A DNA stretch of 63,974 nt, counting the filler, from Malassezia furfur (taxonomy: Eukaryota), in NCBI GenBank assembly GCA_052055015.1. It is 5 parts of 5 records of this genome, joined end to end, with 100 filler letters (N's around TTAATTAATTAA, not from the genome) between each part and the next. Parts side by side here need not be neighbours in the genome. Positions count along the whole stretch, not along the records: positions 1 to 13,643 come from JBQJIT010000309.1; positions 13,744 to 27,381 come from JBQJIT010000310.1; 3 more parts are not named here. One strand, given 5' to 3'. The notes below the pieces were generated by a model. That model made no database searches. It had not been told where the DNA came from and worked only from the letters and a program-made list of their open reading frames with translations. Positions 12,745 to 22,973 of this stretch are shown piece by piece. Position numbers and translations under genes: made by a program. Within the stretch, counting starts at the first letter, position 1; each line of letters begins with the position of its first letter.

Positions 12745-13643
12745 CTATGCCCATTTGGCCCGCTTGGCCGACGGCGTCGCGGAGCGCTTGCGGCGCTCGC
12801 CATCGTCCGTGTCGCTGGAGTAGTAGTTGCGCGGCGAGTAGGGCAGCAGGTCGTCCTGCGGGTTGGTGCTCGACCCGCTCGTCGCACGGCTGTACTCGCT
12901 CTTTTTCCAAAAGATGGGCTTCTGGCTCCGCACGACGTTGCGCATCGGCTTCACAAACGCGCCCAGGTTCTGCGCTCGCTCCACATCGGGGTCGTTCTCC
13001 TTGTCGTAGTGGTACCAGCACTCGAGCGGCTTGCCCGTCGTGTCTTTGCCGGGGCGCTGGATCACACCAAACATCGGCGCACTCTGCAGCTCCTGCTCCA
13101 GCACCTCGTGCCACGCCCGGCGCGCCTGGGCCTGGAAACGCGCGTCGCTCTCCCACCCAGCCACGGCCTCGCCGTGCACCAGCGCACCGCCGTCCTCCGC
13201 GCTCGACGCACGCACCCCCGCCTCGCCACGCAGCATGCCAGGGTTGCTCGACAGCACCGAGCGCACCGCCTCGCTTGTAGAAATTGTCGCCGTGCGGTGG
13301 AACACAATCGCGCCGGCCAGCAGGCCTGCAAGATCGTACGTCGGCGCAAGGCGCTGCACCAGCCCACGCACCGCACTCAGCGACGCCTGCTCGGGCTTGG
13401 GCGTCTCGGCGCGCTTCTCCGACTTGGCGCGGGGGGCGGCCGGTGCATCCTTGGTCGGGGCCTTGGGCGTACGCTCAGCAGGCGCAACGTTCACCTGCGT
13501 AGATGCCGCCAGGGGCGCGCGATGTGCGACAGCAGGCGACGCCGAGGTGGCCGGCGTCGCAGGGGCCGAGCTCGCAGGGGCCGAGCTCGCAGGTGAGGCG
13601 GCCGGCGCGGCTGCAGCCGGCGCGGCAGTCGGGACGGGGGCTG
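12745..13643 (-). CDS. Tos4/Plm2-like protein, C-terminal part (5' end lost at contig break)
   Basis: Motif FGVIQRPGKDTTGKPLECWYHYDKENDPD...MRNVVRSQKPIFWKK resembles the Tos4/Plm2 C-terminal domain; frame is open to the gap. Confidence 0.6.
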
Positions 13644-13743
13644 NNNNNNNNNNNNNNNNNNNNNNNNNNNNNNNNNNNNNNNNNNNNTTAATTAATTAAN
13701 NNNNNNNNNNNNNNNNNNNNNNNNNNNNNNNNNNNNNNNNNNN
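13644..13743. other. Artificial contig linker N44-TTAATTAATTAA-N44
   Basis: Exactly 100 nt with a six-frame stop 12-mer; identical at four places. Confidence 0.97.
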
Positions 13744-15284
13744 TCTTCGCCGCGCCGCATGCCCCCCCCGCCGGGCGCGGCGAAGAGCTGCTGGCCGTCG
13801 AGCCGGCCGTGTCGGTGCTCAGCGCGGCCCAGGCCAGCGCACGCTGCCACTTCTGCTTCCGGCCGTCGCGCACGCTGCAGCGGTGCTCGCGGTGCAAGTT
13901 TGCGCACTACTGCAGCGAGGCGTGCCAGCGACGCGCCTGGTCCGACGCGCGCCACCGCGACGAGTGTGCGGCGCTGCAGCGCTTCCAAGCGTCCGCACGC
14001 GACGCGGGGCACACGGCGACGGAGCCCGGCGCGGCGGTGCGTGCCGTTGCGCAGCTCGTGTGGCAGCGGCGCAAGCAGGGCCTCGACAGTGCCTTCTGGC
14101 GCGGGATTGCGTCGATGCAGACGCACCGCGCCGACATGCCTGCGGAGCAGCTCGAAGCGTGCGCGCAGCTCGCGTTCCAGGTCGCGCAGTTTGTGTCGCC
14201 CGACGCGCTGCCGTCGTCCGGGTTTGCGAACGCGCGCGCGCTGCTCGACCTCGTGTGTGCGTTCCAGATCAACGCGTTCACGCTCGCCGATGCCCAGCTC
14301 GACCCGATCGGCGTGAGCGTCAGTGTGCCGATCGCACTGTGCAACCACGCGTGCGACCCCAACGCGGTGGTGGTGTTCCCGGTGGCCGGGCAGCGCACCA
14401 TGCGGCTCGTCGCGATCCGGCGCATCGCCCCAGGCGACGAGGTGCGCACGTCGTACGTCGATCTCGCCGAGACGCGCGCGCAGCGCCAGGCGACCCTTGT
14501 GCGCCGCTACCTCTTTACGTGCACGTGTGCGCTGTGCCGGCGCAGCGCGCATCCTCCGCCGCACGACACGGACCCTCGCACGGCGTGCTGGTGCCATGAG
14601 CGCGACTGCGCGGGGTGGTGTGCGCTGCCCGACTGGCGCACGCTGCCCGTCGACGACGACGCGGCGGCTGAGACGGGTGCGTGCAACCGGTGTGGGCGGC
14701 GCAGCACGCTGAACGATGCCCACGCGATCCACGCGCGCTGGCGCGCCGCGCACCAGCTTGCGGAGCGCGTGCAGGCGGCAATGCACAGCTCAATGCACGG
14801 CGTGCCGCTCGACGAGCTGCTGCCGACGCTCCGGTGGCTCGGTGCGCTGGTGCCGCCGTGCAATGCGCTGCTGTGGACGCTGTTGCACGCCGCGCACGTC
14901 CTGGCCATTGAGCAGACGCGATACCCCGAGGCGACGCAGCTTGCGTTTGTGCTGTGTGCCGGCATGCAGGCGCGCGGCGCGTCGACGGACGAGAGCATGC
15001 TGTACCCGCCCGGCCACCCGCTGCGCGCCGTGCTGCTGGCGACGCTCGGCAAGCTGCTGCTGCACGAGAGCGTGCCGTGTGCGCCGCTGCTGCCGCGCGT
15101 GTCGGCGCTGCCGGCCGACCGCGGCGTGCAGCTGGCGCTGGCCAAGCAGGCGCTCGTGCAAGCGCTCGATGAGGCCAAAATCGGCTTTGGGCGTGCGGTC
15201 GACGGCGGGGACGTAGCGGCCGAGGCGCGCGACGCGCTGCAGACGCTCGAAGAAGAGCAGGCGGTGTTGGCTCGTAGGCTATAA
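13744..15284 (+). CDS. SMYD-type SET and MYND domain lysine methyltransferase (5' truncated)
   Basis: MYND zinc finger CHFC...CSRCKFAHYCSEACQRRAW..HRDEC; SET motifs NAF, NHACDPN, GDEVRTSYVD; post-SET YLFTCTCALC. Confidence 0.9.
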
Positions 15285-15610
15285 CTACACGATGCGTTCC
15301 CGGGACTCGGTGCGCGCAGGTGCCTCCTGCGACGGCTCCTGGATATCGCCGAACCCGAGGTTTTTCATGTCGTCGCGTTCCATCAGGTCGCTGCGTGAGT
15401 GGCCGTGCGCACGTACTTGTCCATGCGGCACTGCAGGTACTTTTTGCTCAGGTGCCGGCACGCGCCGTTGTCGTTCTTGTTAGCCTTGAGGCACTGCAGG
15501 TATTCTTTCATGGCCTCCTTGCAGTCCCCATAGTGGTCGAGCGGGAACGAGCCGCGCTCGGGGGGGAGCACCTGGAACATGGAAAACGTCGGGGGCCGTC
15601 CAAACGACAT
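15285..15610 (-). CDS. COX19: Cytochrome c oxidase assembly twin-CX9C protein
   Basis: [43 protein letters not shown]; after the 26-nt intron 15391-15416 it continues [13 protein letters not shown]. Confidence 0.93.
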
Positions 15611-15636
15611 GGCGGAAGTGGAGGCTCTGTGCCACG

Positions 15637-17165
15637 ATGCGGAGCCAGGGTGCGCCGCGGTCGGCGCCGCTCGACGGCGTGGTACTCGAGACGGGGGCGT
15701 CGCATGTGCGCCTCGGCACGATCCCGATGCACAGCGGGGCCCTGCCGTACCTCGCGCGGCACCCCAATGCGATTGCGCGCACGCGCCCCGGCGTCCGGCG
15801 CCAGGTGCTGGTCGGCAACGAGATCGAAGACGCGTGCCTTGACTACGGCGGTCTGCAGCTGCGCCTGCCCATCGACCGCGGCATGGTGGTCGACTGGGCG
15901 GCACAAAAGGCCGTGTGGGACCGCGCGTTGGCTGAGCGCTTCGGCAAAAAGGACGCGTCGTACGACTCGTTCGGCGCGCTGCAGGGGCGGACGGTGGTGG
16001 TGACCGAGCCCTACTTTGCGCTGCCCGAACAGCAGCGCGCGTTTGACATGCTACTCTTTGACTGGTACCAAGCTGCGGCCATCTGGCGCACCATCCCCGC
16101 GCAGCTCGTGCCCTTTGCCGACCCGAGGCGCGCCGAATGCGTGCTGGTCGTCGACTGTGGCCAGAGCTATACCCATGCGGTGCCGCTGGTGCGCGACGAG
16201 GTGCAGTGGAACGCTGTCAAGCGCCTCGACATGGGCGGCAAGATGCTCACCAACCTGCTGAAAGAGTCGTTCTCGTACAAGCAGTGGAACATGATGGACG
16301 AGACGTTCCTCACCGATAAGATGAAGGCCGTCGCGTGCTTTGTCGCGGCCTCCGCCAACGACCTGGGCCCGCGCGACCACACCGACGACCCGAATGAATG
16401 GAGCTTCGCGCACCTGGTCGACTACTTCCATGCGAACGACCACAACGAGATGGTGCAATACTATGTGCTCCCCGACTATGCGCAGCCCGAAGACGTGGCC
16501 GACCCCAAGACCAAGTTTGGCTACGTCCTCGCGGGCCCCGGCAACATTCGCCAGACATACCCCCCGCCGGAATCGGAGGCCGAGGAGATCGACACGTTTA
16601 TGGTCGGCGACGGCGCCACCCAAGATCCACCGGCGCCGAGCGACAATCAAATGCTGCGGCTGGCGCAGGAGCGCTTCCAGCTGATGGAGCTGCTCTTTGC
16701 GCCGCAGCGCATCGGTACGTCGCTGGACTTACCCGCAGGACTGGAGCAGGGCTCGCTGTCCGAGCTCGTGGCTGCGGCGATTCGCGGCGTGCCCGAAGAG
16801 TACCAGGAGCTGATGTGGGGCAATGTGGTGCTGGTGGGCGGTACGGCCGGAGCCAAAGGCCTCCGACGGCGGCTGTACGTATGGACGAACTGACACACAG
16901 CGCCTACGAGCTACGGACGCTCGCGCCCGTCGACGTGCCCGTCGAAGTGCGCCTCGCAGCGGACCCCGTGATCGCGCCGACCCTCGGTGCCCTGGCGTTG
17001 CTGCAGGCGCCCGCCAACACGCCCGAGGGCCAGTTCTTTGCGCGACATTTGGTCACGCGCGCGGAGTACGCCAAAAACGGGGGGAGTGCCTCGACGCCAG
17101 GCGAGCGCGGGGGCAGTGCCCTAGGCGACACGCGATTCGGCGACTGGAATGCGGTGCCGTCGTAA
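15637..17165 (+). CDS. ARP6: Actin-related protein 6 (SWR1 complex)
   Basis: [79 protein letters not shown]. Introns 16715-16738 and 16875-16900. Confidence 0.9.
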
Positions 17166-17290
17166 GACGTCGGGCACGCCCGATGCCACAGCGCTCGGGC
17201 CACACAGGACTAATCAAGATCGGTCACATTCTCCGCGGGGTTGCCCGAAAAGGCAACCGGCGCAGGACGTGCGCCGTAGGCTATGGCTAC

Positions 17291-17882
17291 TTAGTAGACG
17301 CCCGACTTGGCGATCTTGATCTGGCTCTTGGGCTTGCCGCTGCCGGTGCCCTCGGCCTCAACGGCCTTGACGACGTCCATGCCGTCGACGACCTCGCCGA
17401 AGACGACGTGCTTGCCGTCGAGCTGCGGTTAGTACAAGCGTGCATAGGCGTGTGCGTACCCAGGGGGTCACCACGGTGGTGATGAACTGTAGCAGTGTTA
17501 GTCTCCATACATCCACAAAGCATACGTACGAACTGCGAGCCGTTCGTGTTGGGGCCGGCGTTGGCCATCGAGAGCAGGCCAGGCTTGTTGTGCTTGAGGT
17601 TGAAGTTCTCGTCAGCGAACTTCTGGCCGTAGATCGACTTGCCACCGGTACCGTTGCCGGCGGTGAAGTCACCGCCCTGGAGCATGAAGTCGGGGATCAC
17701 ACGGTGGAAGTTGGAGCCCTCGTAGCCGAAGCCCTTCTCGCCGGTGGCGAGCGCACGGAAGTTGGCCGCAGTCTTGGGCACAACACTGGGTCAGGCCAAG
17801 GAACCTACTCGTCAAAGAGCTTGAACTTGATGGTGCCGAGGGGCGAGCCGTTCTTGGTGATGTCAAAGAAAACGTTGGACAT
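17291..17882 (-). CDS. CPR1: Cyclophilin A peptidyl-prolyl isomerase (Mala s 6 allergen homologue)
   Basis: [76 protein letters not shown]. Introns 17786-17808, 17487-17529 and 17423-17459. Confidence 0.96.
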
Positions 17883-18214
17883 GGTCAGGGAAGTAGCTGC
17901 GAAACGACGGGCAAACGTAGGCGCAAAGGCCATTTTTAGCTGTTAGGCGTGAGAACAACACGGGTGCCTGGGGGACACCAACACGTACACGATGGTTCGT
18001 TGCAGTTTCGCACGGAGCGCACCGTTTTCCTTATATAGGTGCCAGCGCAGCGCACTTTTTTGTCCGTGCACCACGGCGCGGCGCCGCCCCACGTTGTCGG
18101 CTCCGTGTGCAGGCTTCTATCGGCTTCGGTGATCAGCACGCGGCAGGCACATGGGCACCGGCCACGTGGGACGTGCCCGAGGGGCCGCGCACGGCTTCTC
18201 CACATCGCAGCAGC

Positions 18215-20149
18215 ATGCCCCTGGGTCGCTCGTCCAAGGCGGGCCACGGCGCGAATGCCGACGTGCAAGACGCCGAGGCGGCTGCAGAAGCAACACATCA
18301 TACCGAGGGTCGTTCTGGTTTTACCCTTGGCTGGCGTGGGTCCATGTCGAGTGGGCGCCAGGAGCGGGCCGACTCTACCACGTCCACCAAGTCGCGTGCC
18401 AAGGATGCGGGGCAGGGGCGGCGACCCCATATCACCATCGACATCGTCCGTCCGGATGAGATCCGTGCAGCGCACTCGATCGAGGCGGCCAGCTTCCCGC
18501 GCGAGGAAGTGACCCAGCTCTCGCAGCTCATGTACGTCTCCCAACATCGCTGACCCCACAGCAAGCGGCACGAGCAGGCGCCCCAGTTCTTCCTAGGCGC
18601 CTTCCAGCACCTCCCGCCGCCCATGGTCGCGGGGCCGCTCTCGGGTGAGACGCGCCGCCGACTGGTTGGCTTCTGCACGGCGACGGTCGCGCCAGCGGCC
18701 ATCACCCAGAGCATGTACGGCAACACCAACTCGGAGCTGGCGCACGTCGTGTGCATCCACGACTTTTGCGTCGAGCGCGGCAGCCGGCGCCAGGGCATCG
18801 GCCAGCGGCTGATGCGCAAGCTGCTGGGCCGCATCGAGGCCGGCTACTCGGGCGACGGCAAACCCATGCGGCAGCAATTTGAGCGGGTGACCATCGTCAC
18901 GCCGCCGAAACGCATGTCGTTCTTCATGAAGTGCGGCTTCAAGATCCATGGGCCGAGCTACATTGCCAAAAGCAGTGAGCCCTGGGTGGAGATGCGCTAC
19001 ACGGTCGAGTCGTGTCCGGAGATCCAGCGCGAGGACCTCTCTGCGTCGTTGGTCGACCACATGGACGGCTCGATCTCGCCGACAATGACGCCTGAGCATG
19101 CCTTCTCTACCTCTGATCACCCCGGCGAGCACGGCGCATCGGGGCCAGGCAGCGCCGACCACTCGGCGTCCGCCGCGTGGGGCACGGGCAGCTTCTCGCT
19201 GTCGCCCATCGAAGCGCCGGCGCTGCCGAGCGACCAGGTGCTTGCCGCGCTTTTGGAACAGAATTGCCTGTCCGAGGGTGCGGCGCGCGATCTCGGCCTG
19301 CCCGTGCGCGCCCCTGAGGGCGCCGGTGCGTCCACGCAGCCGCAGCCACAGAACCCGGGCAAGCTCCTCTCGGCGGTGTTTGGGCAGGCGGTCGCTGCCA
19401 AGACCGCGGCTGAAGATTCGCTTGCGGCGCTCAAGGCACGCATCGTTTCGCGCTCGGGCGGGCGCAACCTGTGCCGGCTGTTTTGCCCGAACGAGCGGTG
19501 CCACTGCGTGATTGTGGGGCGCCAGGCGGCGTCGTGGCAGACGAAGGAAATGGGCCCGTTGTCGGAGAAGGACGCGGTTTCGATTGACTCGGAACTCATT
19601 TTGCTCGACCATACGTCCAAGTCGATGCCGATGCTCAACGCCGAGATCCAGGCGCGGCTGCCGGGCAGCGAGCTGAGCACGATTGGGCCCGTCCGGGCGT
19701 TTTGGGCGCTGAATGGGCCGATGCAATTCGACAACGTGTCCTTCTCGAAGAACACCGCGTGGAAGGTGCCAGAGCCGTTGCCCAATAGTCAGGAGGCGGC
19801 GCGCTCTCTGCCGAGCAGTGCCGAGTCCCAGGGAGGGTCTGGCCGGCGTCCTGATTCGCGGTCGCCGTCGACGTTCGCGACGCGGATGAACTCGATGCAG
19901 TCGACGCTGTCCAAGTCGGACGAAACGAACGACAGCTCGATGCCGCCGAGGAGCAAGGAGCTGTTTACCCTGGGCCTGACGCCAGGAGAAGAACGGGTTG
20001 TCAAGTACATCCTGTGCCCCGACTGCGGATGTGGTCCGCTGGGCTTTATGATTCTGCCCGCGAGTGCATCTACGGAGCAGGCGGCGCAGAAGGGGTACTC
20101 GGACATTACGTGCTACCTCGCTGCCTACCGTGTCCGCTATGAACTCTAA
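18215..20149 (+). CDS. GNAT (Paa1-like) acetyltransferase fused to an Mss4/RABIF-like domain
   Basis: IEAASFPREE..APQFFLGAF..LVGFC..VCIHDFCV..RRQGIG (acetyl-CoA motif); C-terminal FCPNERC, FWALNGPMQFDNVSFSK, KYILCPDCGCGPLGF. Intron 18532-18561. Confidence 0.8.
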
Positions 20150-20270
20150 AGCTCCTATAGCCGCTCCACGCTGTACCATTACCACCTCCCTGCGCCCGAC
20201 GTGGGGCCGCCGGACGCCGAGAAACGCCGTGTGTTCTAGTACGTACGTAGTCCGGCTGCCTACAACGACC

Positions 20271-20364
20271 GGGCGCATGGTCTAGAGGTATGATTCTTCT
20301 TTAGGGCTTGGCTTCTGCCGAAGATCCATAGAAGAGGTCCTGGGTTCGATTCCCAGTGCGCCCC
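20271..20364 (+). tRNA. tRNA-Pro(AGG) with 22-nt intron (20307-20328)
   Basis: Acceptor GGGCGCA/TGCGCCC, A-box TGGTCTAGAGG, anticodon stem CTTCT/AGAAG, T-arm CTGGG-TTCGATT-CCCAG. Confidence 0.93.
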
Positions 20365-20381
20365 CATTTTAACAGCTCCTC

Positions 20382-20473
20382 GGGCGCATGGTCTAGAGGT
20401 ATGATTCTTCTTTAGGGCTGGGATTTAAACCAGAACATAGAAGAGGTCCTGGGTTCGATTCCCAGTGCGCCCC
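20382..20473 (+). tRNA. tRNA-Pro(AGG) with 20-nt intron (20418-20437)
   Basis: Exons identical to the upstream copy; followed by a long T-run (Pol III terminator) at about 20483-20492. Confidence 0.93.
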
Positions 20474-20619
20474 AAGCTGTTATTTTTTTTTGGATGGCCC
20501 TTTAAACCTGTCGTTCGGTGCAACGCCGACGGCGACAATGGACAATGGATTTGTCGACGTTTTACTATGTATAGATATGTGGTAGTGACATGCGCAGAGT
20601 AGCTGGCTTGCAACGCGGT

Positions 20620-21999
20620 CTACTCGGCCTTGCCCTCCTTCTCCGATGCGGCAATCTCGATCTCCTCCTCCTCTTCGCGCGAATCACCATAGACACCCCG
20701 CAGTGCACTACACGTTAGTGTCCCACGCAACGTACCGGAACAGGATGCGCCACATCAGCACATACCAGAATAAGTTGAGCAGCAGCAGCAGCAGCAAAGG
20801 AGCAAACACCTGGGCGTCAGTTTGGTCGCGTGGACTTACATGGCATTGCATCCACCACACGAGCCAGTGGCCCTGCGATGGGTAAAAGGTGCGTGCATAC
20901 GCGGGGATCCGGTGGTAGTCCACGTACACGGAACGCAGCGTGAGTGCGCTCAGGTAGATGCGGAAGTACGTCCAGACCACCATAAAGATGGAGTAGACAA
21001 TGGCCGCCATCAGGTTCATGTCCAGGTAGTTGAACATCTTGGAAAGCTGGAATGAGCCGTATTGTACGTACCGCCAGCCATGTGTCAGGGATGTCCATGC
21101 AGACAAACACGGTGGTGCCGATCATGGTCAGGTTGATGAAGTACGACCATCCAATCAACCACAGCGTGACGAGGTGCTGTGTGAGGCGGCGAAACGTACA
21201 TGCGCAATCAGCTCGTAGTAGTCCTTGCGTGGCCGCTCGAGGCCCAGGAGCATCACAAAGGCTTGTTGCATCCAGTAGCTGCCCTGGAGGAGGTAGTACA
21301 GCTTGAGCTCAGGGCGCATCACCCAGTGGGGGTACTCTGCAGTGAGAAGAAATACACGTACGGTACCACAGGTGGTCCAAGTCTGGGTGAGTGCGACGAA
21401 TACGTACTATACCACCAGCTGTCCTGGAACGACATCACGTAGAGGCCAAAGATACCAGCAATGCCCCAGTACGTCAGCGCGTAGCCCTGCTCGGCGAACC
21501 GGGTCTGCTTCTGCTCCGCACGAATCCCCCAGCGTTTAGCGAGCGGCTTGAAGACGTGCATCGTGAGCACCTGGCGGAGGAAACTGAAAATCACAATGAA
21601 GTAGGCGATGAAGCACACATCCAGCCAGCCCTTGCCGAAGCGCAGGAAGCGTGGTTCGTGGGGAAACAGCGTGTGGTGTACCCCCTGCAAGAAGCCGCGC
21701 AGGTTGTCGAGCACCACGTTGCCCTGTGAGTACGTCGGAGCGGGTCCATACAGACGGAAGGAGGCCTCCTTCAAGACCACTTCGGACTCGGGCAGCCTGT
21801 ATGACAGGAAGAGGAACGGCCGGAAGGGGTTCCAAGCGACCGGCACCAGATGTTCCCACAGCCAGTAGGCGGCGATGAACAGCAGCGCGACCTTTGCGGC
21901 CGACTTGGGCGAGACAAGCCAGCGTCCCGTGTACACGTCCCTCAAGAACGTAGGCTCAGTGCGCGCCTTCCCCGCAGCGACCCGCTGATCTTGCCTCAT
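20620..21999 (-). CDS. Ceramide synthase (TLC domain, Lag1/Lac1 family)
   Basis: GKGWLDVCFIAYFIVIFSFLRQ, KQTRFAEQGY, YPHW, RKDYYELIAHHLVT, MDIPD, LNLFWYVLMWRIL. Six short introns, including a 21-nt micro-exon near 21363-21383. Confidence 0.9.
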
Positions 22000-22102
22000 G
22001 GTGTTCCAGATATTTTGTCCGGTGGACAACTTTCCAAGGAAATCGGGGCCCGCAGGGCTGCATCGCGCTTCAATTGTTCGCGATCGGGCCCTATCGTCGA
22101 TC

Positions 22103-22957
22103 ATGGCCCAACATTTGGCGGGGGCGACTTCGTCGTCCAAAGGCGCGCCAGGGCCACCTCCAGGGCCGCCGCCACCACCGCCGCGGCCACCGCCTCAGCT
22201 GAAACATACCCAGGCGCCGCCACCGGCGTTCCCGAAAGGCCCGATCCCTGTTCCGCCACCCGGCTGGACGGCGCTGGACGAAGAAGAAGGTACGTTGGTA
22301 CGCGCGATCTGACCCACAGCCGAGGAGCGTTCGAAGACGCCGCAACAGCGTGAGATTGACCGCGTAGTGCTGGGCTCATTCCGGCTCAACCCGTTCGATG
22401 TCTTGGGCGTGACGCCCGATATGGACGACAAAACCATCCAAAAGGTGTTCCGTAAGAAGAGTTTGCTGATTCACCCAGACAAGGTGAGCGAGAATTACCA
22501 GGATCGCGCACAAGAGGCGTTCCAGTTGTTCAAGCAAGCACTCGACCATCTACAAGATCCGGACCGCCGTCAGTCGCTGAACGAAATTTCGCGATCGGGG
22601 CGTTCGCTCGCCTTGCGCGAGCTTGGCTTGCCCTTTAGCTTGACGGAGGAGCAGCTCAAGAAGGAGCAGGAGCCCGGGGGCCGCCTGCATGACCTGAAGC
22701 CGACGTTCCCTGAACGCATTGTACACTGCACCAACCACCTGATGCGGGAGGACGAGCTGTACCGCCGCAACCGTGTGCGACTCAAGCAGGAGGCCGAGGA
22801 AGAGGCGCGCAAGCTCCGTGAGGAGGCCGAGGCGCAGCGCAAGCGCAAAGCCGAGCTGGAAACGGCGTGGGAGAATGCGCGGGACAACCGCGTGGAAGGG
22901 TGGCGCAGCTTTCAAAAAGGGAAGAAGAAGAAGAAGAAGATGGACGTGCTTGGATAG
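22103..22957 (+). CDS. J-domain protein, DNAJC8/Spf31-like
   Basis: Pro-rich N-term, EIDRVV..FRLNPFDVLG, FRKKSLLIHPDK, WENARDNRVEGWRSF..KKKK..VLG. Intron 22290-22319. Confidence 0.88.
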
Positions 22958-22973
22958 TCCCATGTATACTACA

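Noticed and set aside
13688..13699. TTAATTAATTAA palindrome recurring about every 13.7 kb
   Set aside because: It is centred in N-runs and encodes stops in all six frames, so it is an assembly linker rather than biology.
20271..20473. CRISPR-like look: identical blocks separated by different 17-22 nt spacers
   Set aside because: The blocks fold as tRNA-Pro halves and the variable parts are canonical position-37/38 introns; no cas genes are present.
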